Origin: Lepidodermella squamata | Taxonomy: Eukaryota > Animalia > Gastrotricha | Assembly: GCA_047495785.1 (NCBI GenBank) | Contig: JBLDXI010000055.1 | Location: 1,922,001-1,986,000, forward strand | Reading direction: 5' to 3' | Length of the DNA: 64,000 bases | Shown: positions 36,601 through 49,000 of the stretch, piece after piece | Layout of the letters: every line of letters begins with the position of its first letter | How positions within the stretch are numbered: the first letter of the stretch is position 1 | The notes under the pieces: generated by a model | Told to the model about the DNA's origin: nothing | Seen by the model: the letters and a program-made list of their open reading frames with translations, nothing else | Databases searched by the model: none | Translations under genes and position numbers: made by a program

Positions 36601-39600
36601 GCGTTTAGCTCGCCGGACAATGGCTTCGCGCGTTATCATTGTTGAAACCTAGTACCTACTGCTCGCCGATGATGAATTTTATTTTGAAAAACAAAAACAC
36701 GACGTTTTATCACCTTTTATTTAAATTTGACGTGTTTGAACCGTTTTTGAAGCAATTTAGGTAAATAAGCAGTCGTTTGCTACGTCGCCGCTCTCTTTTC
36801 GCGCATTCCTGGCAACTTTTACAAGCGCTGTTTTTGCATTGCAGACCGCATTATGTAGTTCGCCGTTTGTGCATTCTTTTGTTGCCATTTACCTATTTTT
36901 AAAACTTGTCTTCACCGTATGTTATTATTGTTATTTGCTGTTTTCTTGTTGTTTTGCGACAGCTCAACATCACCAACACGGCTACGGCCTTTCTTTCAAT
37001 ACTGCTACTCCAACTGCCTGCCAACGGTTTACTACATCAATTTCATTTTAAACGATGACGGTATAGTGTTGGTATACCTGTATGTGTTGTATGCATGTGT
37101 TGTTTACGCAACTCTTGAAGCCTATTTCGACTTTCGCTCATTTTTACATTGTTATTTTACGTCGACTCAATGGCGCAGCTGCGCTTTTACCGCGCTCTCG
37201 CTGCCGCGCCTGTTCACTGCTGAAATTCGGATCGGCCTAAACCTGCGAAAGCTAGCCCTATTTTTTTAGTGCTAAATCCATAAATTTCCAAAGCAGCACT
37301 GCAAAAATTACAACACAACCGCCTATTGACAATTTTGTTCACAAATTGTTCTTACGCATTGGGTATTTTCAAATAAATATTTCGCATCGGTGCTTCCAAA
37401 CACACAGGACATGCTTATTATCAACACGTTTATAAATGCGAAATTTCTGTTTCGGGTAGGTGTCAAGTTATCTGTTTTTGTTGATACGTCTTTTTCATTT
37501 CACCTGTGATCTAGTAGGAGGAATTTTAACGATATAATTTGCTGTCTCTGCTGCGCGGTGGTATCTAGGGCTGTCGTTTGTCAGCGTTTTGAAATAAATT
37601 ACCGACTCCGCTTTCCGGCTCGATAAGTCGCCGCTGTTATATCTGCCTCCTCGATGTGTTTACTATGCATAGCTTCATTATTATTTCTAATGTGTTGAAA
37701 GCTCTTTCTCCTTTATTTCGGTGTTTTATTTTCGCCTTTATTTACCGGCGAGCTTCTGATTGTCTTGGGTATTTTGGGATCGGCGCGTAAACACTCGGGC
37801 TAAAATTCCTCTGTCGTTGTTTCGGCCGGTCGGCAGGCAGTTGATATATAGTTTAAAACAAACACATGAACGGCTCTTATTGCCGCTCGTTTTATTTGTT
37901 CGCTGATGCCTCTTGACGAGCAATTTTTGCCCTTATCCATCCTCCTGATGGTTCGGCTACCTGCGTATACTTAAATAGCCATTAGTCTCGTAAAAACATA
38001 AGCTGGCACGCGAGTATATTGATCTGTTGACAGTCGGCCACTGCCGGCATTGTCATTATCACCATTACATCTCTCTCTATACAAGGTCTATCTAGTATTA
38101 CATATATTGTCTCCACAGCCATTTGTCACGAGCCAGTGCTCTGTGTCGGCCGTAGCCCGCGGTCTGCCCACTGACTGGCTGTTCGCAGCAACTGGCCAAC
38201 CAACCAACCAGCCAGCAAGTTAGCGCTGAGTGACTGCATTATTATTTTACAATAAGTTTTATTACTGTTTAATGTTGTTGGCTCGACAGTCGGTCGGTCG
38301 ACGTCATGATGGATAGATGCATATACGGTGATAGTCGATGTGAATTCTTCCGCAGCTCACGCGCGCGAGCCATGGAGAGGCAACGCGTCGTTCCCGCGGC
38401 GTTTGCGTGTTTCTTTGTCGTTTGGCGCGTTTCGCTCTTTTATAATGCACACACATACACACATGCACACACATTTTACAGTGTGTGTTATAAACTGAGA
38501 GTCTTTTTATAGCTCTGCTGCCTGCCTGCTTGCCTGCCTGCCGCCGCTCACGTAGCTCCGAGAGTGTCACCGTGTTTGCTGCGATGACAGCCAAAATAAA
38601 GTGTTCGCGGTCAGTCATAACACCTACTATACGCTGCATACACTTCGCGTGATTGCTTTCCGCTCTTGGCAATGGCAGCCGAGTTTTGCCGCGCGCTGTC
38701 ACTCCGCTGGCCGTGAGCCCATCCGGTTCGTCGCCTCATTGCTTCTCGTTGTCGCCGTCGTCATCGTTTGACGTCGCTTTTCGTTGCTTAACCTGTGCCG
38801 CCATTGCTCTGCCGCAAACAGCATTAACCACTAATAAATGGCAAATGAACAAATTCGCACACTTATGTACTTTGTTTACATCAAGATTTGGTCACGTTGC
38901 CGGCCAAGCGTGTTGGCAATATTTGTCACTCTTGTACGACATACTCTGGAGTGTATCATCATCATCATCATCATCACCATGCATCTATCACCTACCTGCC
39001 AGCGTTTTGCGCCCCCGGTGTCTGTTTTTTTCGTCATGTTACTTATTGCTTGCGTTGGTCATTAGCATCACCTGGACATTTTCTTCGTCAACCTCGGCAA
39101 ATATTTCTTAATTCTTTTCTCTTTGCTCCCACAGCAGATTCTAGTTTCTCGCTTCTAGAATTCTTCCTCCGAGTCCGAGGAATGTAATAAATACCTGCCT
39201 GGCGAATAACTTGATGACACCTGGCTTTTTGCGGCGAAATGGTCTATTTAGCTCGGGCTAATGTTGCCTCTGTTATTTGCATTTCTGACGCAACCGCGCA
39301 CGCGACCGGGTCGCTTACGGAACGTTCGATCGGATCTGCAAGTTTTATTACACGCTAGTATTACGGTCACTGTTTACCTCGCAAACGTGCCTAAGCTATC
39401 GGGCACCGTCTGTTACGAATCGCACACCGGCGGCATCGTCTTTCATACGTGCACAGCGGACATGCCTGTATGGTGCCCATGTCGGCAACCAGCCGCCATG
39501 CGTTGCGCAACCCAAACCTTCCGAAGCCTCGCAATTTTCAAGACCTGATTCCATTTTTCTTACATTTCTAGGTTGTTAATTTTATGAAATGTAATCTATT

Positions 39601-39650
39601 ATTCAAATTTTATTATCAACAATTTTAACATCGCCTGTCTCGAATCGAAA

Positions 39651-42600
39651 ATGGCTGCGACTACTGTTGTTGTCGAAGAAGACTCCGGAATGGAGTCGCT
39701 GTCGTCCGGCAATGACCAGGCTGTTCAAATGGAGAACTTTGTCACCCTTTTCATTGTAGTCCTCAACCGGAAAGGAGAGGTTTGTTGCTGCTTATTTTTC
39801 ATCTAGTTATTATACCCAGGATTTATTTTCGAGTGCCAACTGAATCACGCGTTACTGTTATATTTTCACGAGTTTGGTGTAACCTAACGTTTCAATGAGC
39901 GGTGTATGCACTCACAGGCGGATGATTTGAGCTTTCAATGCCTATTTTAATTTTGAATGATTATTTCACTAATTGAATTATTCTTATCTACATTGATGTC
40001 GTTGTCGGAAATAGTTTGATGACTCAGGAGAAGAAGAGGTAAGAAAAAGTGTCTGAGTGCACATTAGTCGGGTGTCATTGATTTAACAGCATATATTTTT
40101 TCACTGTTGTGTCGAATTTGATCATTTTGCTCTTCCATTCAGTATATCACTATTATTTGCTCGCTCGTTGATCAGTTTTTTGTATCAATCTAACGCTTCA
40201 ATTCGTGACATTGCACTAGAGCGTGTCAAGCATATAATACATGCGTGTCTCTTGTCTCCATTTGTGTTCACTATTTTCCGTGATCAACGTGGCCTGAAGC
40301 ATTCAATCTCGTTTGATTTCATCATGGCATGTCCACCGTTGTTGCTCGCACCACACTTCAGACCGCTAAGATGACGAATTGAGGCTCGTGTAACAACTGC
40401 CCGCGTCGTCTTACGCTGATCGCACCAGTGACCGTGTTTTAGATTCGCTTGAAGACTCGTTTGCTTCATTTGAAGCATTGGATTGTTGTGTTTGTTTTAA
40501 TTGAATATGAAACTTTGAAAAAAACTAAAATTGCCTGCGTTTGTTCCGTGATAAGCAATGCCTGGGCATATCAATGACTTGAACAAAGTCTCATTTTACT
40601 AAATAATAATATACAGTCAGTCCTGTATACTTTACGGCGTGTTGGTCGTCATAAAGTTAATCAACGATTTAATTTTTTTTCAGGTGCTCCAGCAACTTCG
40701 ACTATTTTTCGATGCTAGCCAGACCGTTTGGAGATGCAAACAGCGAATTTTGGCTAACTTGCTGGAACATGTAAGACTATATCCGTTTCATATAGCTCCG
40801 GCGTTAATGTAATTGTTCTAATAGACTGTTCGAGATCCGCTAAATTACGGACTATACTGTCCGGCGGCTAATGGCCGTGCGGGAAAGTTTCTGGACGAAG
40901 AGCGACTGCTGCGCGAGTACGGCCTGAGCTCACCGGCAATGCTCGAGTTCAAGTATAAACGGCGCGTCTACAAGATGATGTCGATAAACCAGCGCAAACT
41001 GCGGCAGCTGCACAGCAAAAGCACGCTGCGGCAATTCATCGAGTACGTGCGCCACAACAACGTCGAGCGTGTCAACAGGCTGCTGCTCAGCGGTCTCGAT
41101 CCTAATTTCTGCGATCCGGAGTCTGGGGAGACCCCGCTCAGCCTCTCCGTCTCACTGCCAAAGCCGTACGATATGATATGCGCTCTTTTCAACGGCGGTG
41201 CTCATGTCGATTTTCGTGGTAATGGTGGCCTGACGCCGGTTCACAAGGCCGCAAAATGTGCCGCTCCTGTTGCTCTTCGAACGTAAGTGCAATTTTTGCG
41301 TTCTAGGTGTATAGGCTTCGCTGATTCCGAATATATTACAAATATGCGGATTCGAAATTAAATGAAATTATACGACAGATTTAGGAACAATTATAAGAAT
41401 TAAATGCGGAATAAATTAAACATTTGCTGAAGTCTTTTACATATTTTTTTCAATAGGCTGCTCGAACTCGGGGCGGCAGCAAACTATCGAGACCAGCGAG
41501 GATTGACGCCCTTGTATCACGCTGTTTGCCAAGCAAGAGCCGATCTCAACTGTATCGATATGCTTTTACGAGATCGGGCTCAACTGAATGTTCGTGATGA
41601 GCAACAAAATTCAGAAGTGCACCAGGCTGCCCGAGGTGGCCATTCAGCTATCGTGGAACACCTGCTTTACTACGGCAGCCTAGGTGATGTTCAGAACGCC
41701 ATCGGCAACACGGCCCTACACCTCGCTGCTATCGAGGGCCACGAAGCCGTTGTTCGCGTTCTCTTGTTTCGCGGTGCCTCGAAGGAGGTGCGTAACTCGG
41801 CTCAGAATACGCCCTACGAAGTGGCCGTACTTGCGGGACACATGGAAATAGCGAAGATCATCGCCAATCACACACAAGCCGACGTTGTGCCGTACCGTGA
41901 CAGTCCTGTTTATACGCAACGCCGGCATTTGGCGACACCAGCACGCATGCCCCTATCACGCTCGTCGAGTGATAATCGTCTCGCAGCGACATTTGCCGCT
42001 GTTAACGCAGCCGGCGCAAACATGTCGATGGCGAGTGCCGCAGCGAATAAACGTGCTTTCTTTCAAGCTGCTCTGAACGCAGGCCCTTCATCGCACGTTG
42101 ATGGCGGTTCTAATTCTGGCAACAACAGTACAGGCGATTACGCATCGTCGTCATCACCTTCCACAAATGGTGGCAACGGCATTAGCGGAGGCATTTACTA
42201 CGCCACTCGTCTCGCTCAGTCGGGTGAACTCGCTATATCGGGCGGTTCAATGTCGGCATTTTCTGGCAATGCGCTTGACCTCAGCAGCAGCACTGCCGCC
42301 GACTTCCACGCAGGTATGCCAATTCTTCATCGAGCTTTTACTAATTCTCAAAAAAATCCGAAAGCTTCCACCTTTGGTTTGGCTCCAACATTGGGCTTAA
42401 GGGTACGGGGGAAACTGGGAAATTGCACCTGGTGTCGGGCCACATCTCTCCTGAGCATGGTGTCGTTTTTGTTTGACTTATTTCTCATTTTCTTCATTTG
42501 TGTTTGATCACGTTTAAATAGCTTAGCTGATTTTGATTTGCCACTGTTAGCTATTAATTGTCTAAAGGCCTTTGAAATAGTGTAGCGTATGAAAGTTGCT

Positions 42601-44977
42601 TTACTATTGCGAGCTTACATCATCCGTGGTTCACCTGTCGTGCGTGGATTTTTCATCGACTTTAATTTATAGCCACCAGCTGTTCGTTCGCCGCTTCTCC
42701 GATCTCGCGGCGATCTGTCGCCGTGATGGACTCGACGTCAGTCGAGCTGCGAGCGTCGGCGGCGCCGTCGCCCTACCCGCAGCCGGCGGCAGTTGTGGCG
42801 CGGCCGTCGTCGAGCGTCTTCGTCCCGCAGCACCGTCGAGTCGCGCTCTGTGTCAAGTCCTACAAGACAAAATCGCCGTTCGAATTGCCTCTAAAGAAAG
42901 GCAACCGCGTGTTTAGTACGTTGTTTTGTTCGCTTCTTTATACTTGACAGCTGATTTCTGCTTGCTTGTTTCTCTTCTGTTCTTCTGGCTTCACATTTCT
43001 ATACCTTAACTAACAATTCTAATAAAGTAGAACTAACTAACCCATCCCCTATGGCCATCTCATTTCATCAGTCCAGACACCCGGCAATTTTTTCCCGCCG
43101 CCGTGAAACGCATGTGTTTTATGCATGTTTTTCTTTTACTGTAGTTCTCGGGCCGGGCGAAGAAGGAATGTTCGAAGGACAAGATGCTGACACTGGCCGG
43201 CGTGGTTACTTTCCTTCTCGATGTGTTCGCGAAGTTGGATCGCTAGGGTCCAGCGCGGGAGCGACATTTCTGGAAGCTTCCATGTCATCAGTCACTGGCA
43301 ACAATGACGGTTCGTATACACTGCAGAAAACTGCGTCTCTTTCGGGCACCATGTCGCTACGGCATCGTAGCCGATCAGCGGCGACTCTCTATGCGGAAGA
43401 TCTCATGAGTGTGCCGCGCACAGTCGTCATTCAACGCACCCCGGCTGGTTTCGGTTTCGTTCTTAAGGTATGGCGTCTCAGTTTTTCATTATTATTTCAG
43501 TAATTTATGAAATACGTGTGCTTTATTTCAGGGACCTCGAGCTTCTCAACCTGGCCAAATTGAAATAGACTTTTCGCCGACTCCTGCCATGCCTGCGACG
43601 CAGTATTTGGCTGTTGTCGAGGCTGGCTCGGTGGCTGACCGCGCGGGTCTAAAACCCAAGGATTACGTCCTTGAGATAGACGGAATCTCAGTAGCAGCTG
43701 CGACTCACGAGCGGTGTGTTGACCTGATTCGTGCTTCTTCCGACATGCTGCAGCTCAAGGTAGTAACAGTGAACCAAGCCACTGTCAACGCTCAAGCAAA
43801 CTCATCGCTTAACGGGCAAGCCATCGAAGCCGGAGATACGGATGGCCGACCACCCCGTCCATGGCCTTTCGGAAATTCGGGTCAAAATACCCCTAATGTG
43901 TTTCGACAACAGGCGCCTCCAGTGCCGCAACCACTTTCCGGCGGTAATATCGGCGTGATGACTCTATCTCGGCACCCAGCACTAAAGCAATTGGCGCCGG
44001 TGGAGCAACTTGAAATGTCTCTGCGCAGTCAGCTAACCCTGCCGCGTCAGCCGAAATTGCCCGGCCAGCAAATCATGCGTGGCTCTATCGCCGGGCAACA
44101 AGCCCTGGAAGTATCGATTCACACATTGATGGCGAACCGCAGGACGATGTCAGCTGCTTGTGAAAAGCTGCAACAGGAACCGGCTGCTGCTGGAAGCGGC
44201 GATGGTGAGTCTGACTACGAGACGATAGATGACGCCGGATGCCACGGAGTTCCATTACCGCCGCCACCCGCGTCAATGGGCACGTTGGGTCGAGGCGGCG
44301 CCATGCCCTCGGCCACCGTTTCCATACACGACGGGGATGATGCGACCTACTCAAGTCACCTCGAGCAAATGGACTCTGGCAATAGCAGCTGCTCGAACAA
44401 CGGCACCGAGGAGATCACCTCGGCAGGCACACTCTACGCCAATGCCGGCCAACTGCGCCGGCTTTACGGCGTTAGCGGTGACGCCACAGTGCAATCAGCA
44501 GCCGGAGGCGACGATGCGCGCGGGAATTCGAACTTTGGCAATGATGACGCCAACTACGATATGTTGGTTGACGACCAGCGAGCGATGCTTCAGCGCCAAC
44601 AGCAACCGCCCTCACAACCATCACGCACGAGCACAAACTCGAACAGCGTTGACAGCGAGGATATCTATGAGAATGACGTCGAAGAGTCATCTGCGAACGC
44701 GAACACCAGTGTCGTCACTGTTGTGAGCAAAGACAGCCCTTCGCGGCGACCCGTCAAGCCTTCGGTGTCGTTCAGCGCCCGCGCCGAGGAAACTCGTCGC
44801 GCCTTCCTGGACCAGTTTCAGCGTATGACAAAGGGAGCGGCGAAGCCACAACAACCGCCACCCCCGCCGCCGCCTCCATCGTCTGCTTCTGCGAACTCGA
44901 CGACAGCGAACTCGGCTGGCTACAACGCGATGACACTGTCGCGTCGCCAGGAGGCCGTCTTCATCGCCGAGTTTTGA
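39651..44977 (+). CDS. SHANK: SHANK/ProSAP scaffold (SPN-ANK-SH3-PDZ; no SAM seen)
   Basis: Exons 39651-39779, 40684-40770, 40825-41282, 41457-42313, 42673-42915, 43145-43467 and ~43531-44977. Motifs: LNYGLYCPAANGRAGKFLDEERLLREY, LEFKYKRRVY, ANK repeats, SH3 (GYFPSRCVREV) and PDZ (GFGFVLKG...FSPTPAMPATQYL). Confidence 0.95.
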
Positions 44978-46032
44978 CTGGCGTTATCGCCACCGCCGAG
45001 TCTCTAGTCCGAGCGAGTTCTTCCACGATCGACCGTTTACTAGTGCGAGATTATTAGCATTGTGTCTGCTACGGCTGTAGAAGATGATCTTTCTTTGCTT
45101 TTATTCAGCGTGTGTTCATGTACAGGTACAACGACGACGCCGATCCTCGGCAGAATTTACCAAGATTTTCTAGCTACCGCTGCTTTTACCTACCATGTAT
45201 CTCACGCAAGCAATTTTTTTACTTTGTTCGGCAGTCATCAAGCTTTTAATTATTGAATCCAAGTATACGATGATCCATCCAACTATCGATCACTTGTTCA
45301 ATCAGCTCTAAATTATGCTATCGACTACTATCAACGATTATTTGCGTTTGCGTTTTTGCTATTTTATTTGTTCATGGCTGTGAATTCATCTGAAAAGCTG
45401 TTATGTTGTTTTGGTTGTTAATTGCTCGGTCCTCCTGCTTGCCGGGCAGAGCTTGTAGCTGTTACTGTTGGATACATTGTTCAAGCCGCGAAGAACTCTT
45501 CTTCAGATTAAATGGCTAAAAGTTCATGACAAAATTAACGGCTAATTATTGAATAGCCCTATCATGCAATTGATTGCCAACGATCGGAATTATTAGCAGT
45601 TAATTCGAGTTCTTCTGCTTGTGTACGATTTGCAATCAGACGTTGTTGTTGTTTTATGAAACCATGTATCATGAAAATATTAATTACCTACGAATCTTTT
45701 TACCTTAGAGATCTGAAATGGATTGAACGAACTTTTGAAAGAAAGAATAAAAAGCGATTTTGCATTAACCAAGCGTATTTTTCGAAACCTGATATTGCCA
45801 CCTGTGCAGGGACCTGGTCCTAGTTGACATATTAGCTTGGATTGTTACAAGATAACAAGACAACAAGAAAGGGAAATTAGTTTTGTATTTTATTTCCGTG
45901 ATTGTGATCGTTCTTAGATTATCTCATTTTTCATTCATCATCAATAAATTTATAAAAGTCAAGTTTAGTTGCAACAATGAGCATTATTTTCACAATTTTG
46001 ATCTATACAACATACAATATACAAGGTGAACT

Positions 46033-49000
46033 TCAGAGCATCGCAGCGTTTTTACTCGAGGCAGCAGCAGTTAGCGTGGCAGAAGAAGACGAGCCTACAT
46101 TGAGCTTGAGATCTTTCATAAGTCCGTCTAAACAGCTCATTTCGGCAGCAGTCGCCGCCAGGTCTTCATCCGTAGAATGAAGTTGCGGTGGCGCTGGCGG
46201 CAAGTGAACATTCAAACCTAGATTATCGGCACTGCATAGGTTAGACGCCAACGTCGCTGACGATGTGCGATCAGGCTGCTGTGAGCCGCTGCAGGAATTG
46301 CTACCAGTGGTCGATGACGACGACCCAGACGCCCGCCCCTGGCCTGGCGTGGGCGGTAAAACTCGAGACAAATGCAGACTGAACGGGGTTTTACAGTTTG
46401 ACGGCGTGCCCGATTGCGATTGCAGCGGCTGAAAGCTGGAAAGACGAGGCCGTTCAGCAGATGTCGAGACGCTACTCGACGCAACTGACGGGCTGTTGGT
46501 AGCGCCATTGAAGGACGCGGCTAGATTGTTGGCGGTTGAGCTCGACACTGAGCCAGCTCCGCCACCACCGTACGAGCTGCTTGAAAGCGATGCCCGCTGT
46601 CGCTGCAGCTGCGCGTGAACGCTCGCGTCAATGTCGCAACCGCTGTCGGGCGTTTGAGCAGGGGGCGGCCCAGCGAACAGGCTCGCGGCTCCACTGCTCG
46701 TCGTGGTGAGCAATGGCTCGTACCGCATCGAATTCGGACCGGGCGATGGCATTGTAGCTATGCTGAGCCTTGGCAACGTTTGGTGGCTGAGGAGTTGCTG
46801 GTGTTGACGGTGCGAATGGGCATGTTCCGCCACGTTCAGCAATCCACTGCTGAGCATGGCAGCCGGGGAGCCACGGTGTTGGAAAGCTGCAATCCTATTC
46901 GCTGCAGCAGTAGCAGAATTAACATCTACCATAAAGTCATCAGCTTCCGACCCAACATTGTTTGAATGCCGATAGCCATTTTGTAGGAGAGGATACGAGT
47001 CGTGACAAATAGTGGCAGCCGAAGTTCGGCCGTTGTAAAGCCGTTGACCGTTGCCCGTCGCTTGCCGGTACAGCGTAGCAGAGGCCCCGTTAGGAGAACA
47101 CATCACCGAATTTGCAGCTTGCCGTGCAAGTTCGACCGCTTCTCCGCCTATGATGATAGTCTCGCTATCGTAGGCATCCATAGCATGGTACATGCGGGCA
47201 TCGTGGCTTGCACGATGTCTCGCACTGGAACTTGAACCATTCTGCATATCGTCAGACATAGTCATTGCAGAAATGCCACCAGGGCCACCGCCGCCGAGCG
47301 TTGACTGCAGTTCGGCGCTTGAAATCAACTGCTGACGAAGTTCGAGGTGTTCGCGCATCGCCCACAAATCGGCATTACTGGGTGGCGGCAGTCCGTTTCC
47401 ATCTGATGGCGCCATTTTTCCGACCCCGCAACCGCCGCCGCCACCATTAGAGGCCAACCGACCAGCGCCCATAGATTCAGATTTACTAAGGCGCATTTTA
47501 TTCGAAGAGCGGGGTGTGGAGATTTTGCGACAGACAAACACAGCAACACTGGCAATGGTCGCCACTAGCAGACAACCGATTGCCGCAGATACCGCAAGCC
47601 AGAGTGTGCCAGCACTGGAATTACTGATCGCGTCATGTTGCTGTTGCAAGTTATCGCCATGTCGTCCAATTATGGGATGTTGTGTAGTTTCAAAGAATGT
47701 TGCTGTTGAAGTGCGTACCATGACATGGTTTTCAAAGAAAGTCGGCTCGAACGGCCACGCATCGTCGCCAACGTCGTTGCTCGCCAGATCTGCGCGACTC
47801 CCATCGGCCCTGTTGTGATTGTTGTTGTTGTTGGGCCGAGATGCAACCAACGGCTCGTCCTCTTCGTCAGCCAAGGCTGGCGATGGGGTTTGTCGATGTA
47901 TAGCAGGTGTTCGTATGTGCACAGGTACCGAGGTCGGCCCGTAACCTCGGGCAGTTTTCGCCTGCACCTTGAAATAGTACGTTGTGTCTGGCTGGAGGCG
48001 GCGAATGAGAACACTAAATCTATCCCCGTTGACGCCAATTACTTGCCAGTCTCGTTCGGCGCGATTAGGAGAGTGTGCTGAATAGAAAACTACGTAACTT
48101 GTGACTATGCCGTTACTCTTAGACGGAGCCTGCCAGCTGACCCGTACAGTTGAGCCTCGGGAAGCAGCCGCGGACGACGCGACTTCGGCGACTTTAACCT
48201 CGCGCGGTGCATCACTTGGTGCTGAGTCAAGCGTACGGTTTGTAGCTGACATCGACCAGTCAGAAGTTTGAAGTTGACGAGATGGATGATCTGCGTCGAT
48301 GCGAACGATTCGCACCGCAAATTCATACTCAGTGAATGGTTCCAGCGAGTGGATGCGCACTGACGGCAGGGTCGAGTTCGCATAGCGCCAACGCATTGGA
48401 GCTGTAACTGGTACACCACCATTCGGCAGCTCTTGACCATTGTCAGGCATTGATAAGATCGGGCTATAACGAACCGTATACGTCACGTGGTATTCCTTGC
48501 CGGATGCCATTCCGTTGCCAGCACCGCTTCGTGCTTGGTGGTGATTGTCAGCGCGGTATGAATGACTATTGGGATCCGTCCAACTGACCACCATCGTGGA
48601 ATCTGAAATTGCGAATGCTTTTATGCCTAAGGGCACCGCTAGAGGTGGCGGCTTTGGTGCTGCAGCCTTTGGAACCTGATATTGGTTAGGGGCGTGCGAT
48701 TGCGAATCTTCGACAAACTCGCCAGAGGCAACAGCAGGGGTGCGCACAGCTTGAAAGACTTCCGGACCGTAGCCGTAGTTGTTGAACGTTCGGCAACTGA
48801 TGATATACTCTGAGTTTGGTCTCAGATTTGTCAGCACGTGCTCGGTTTTGGATGCGTCCAGCATGACCTGGTTGCGGTAAGGTTCGCCAACCCCAAAGCT
48901 GATGAAGTAACCGCGAACTAGAACGGCTGACGACGTTGCAGGTGGCTGCCAAGCGAGTAAAATCTGACTAGGTGACCGAGCTCTTGCCGTAAAAGCAAAG

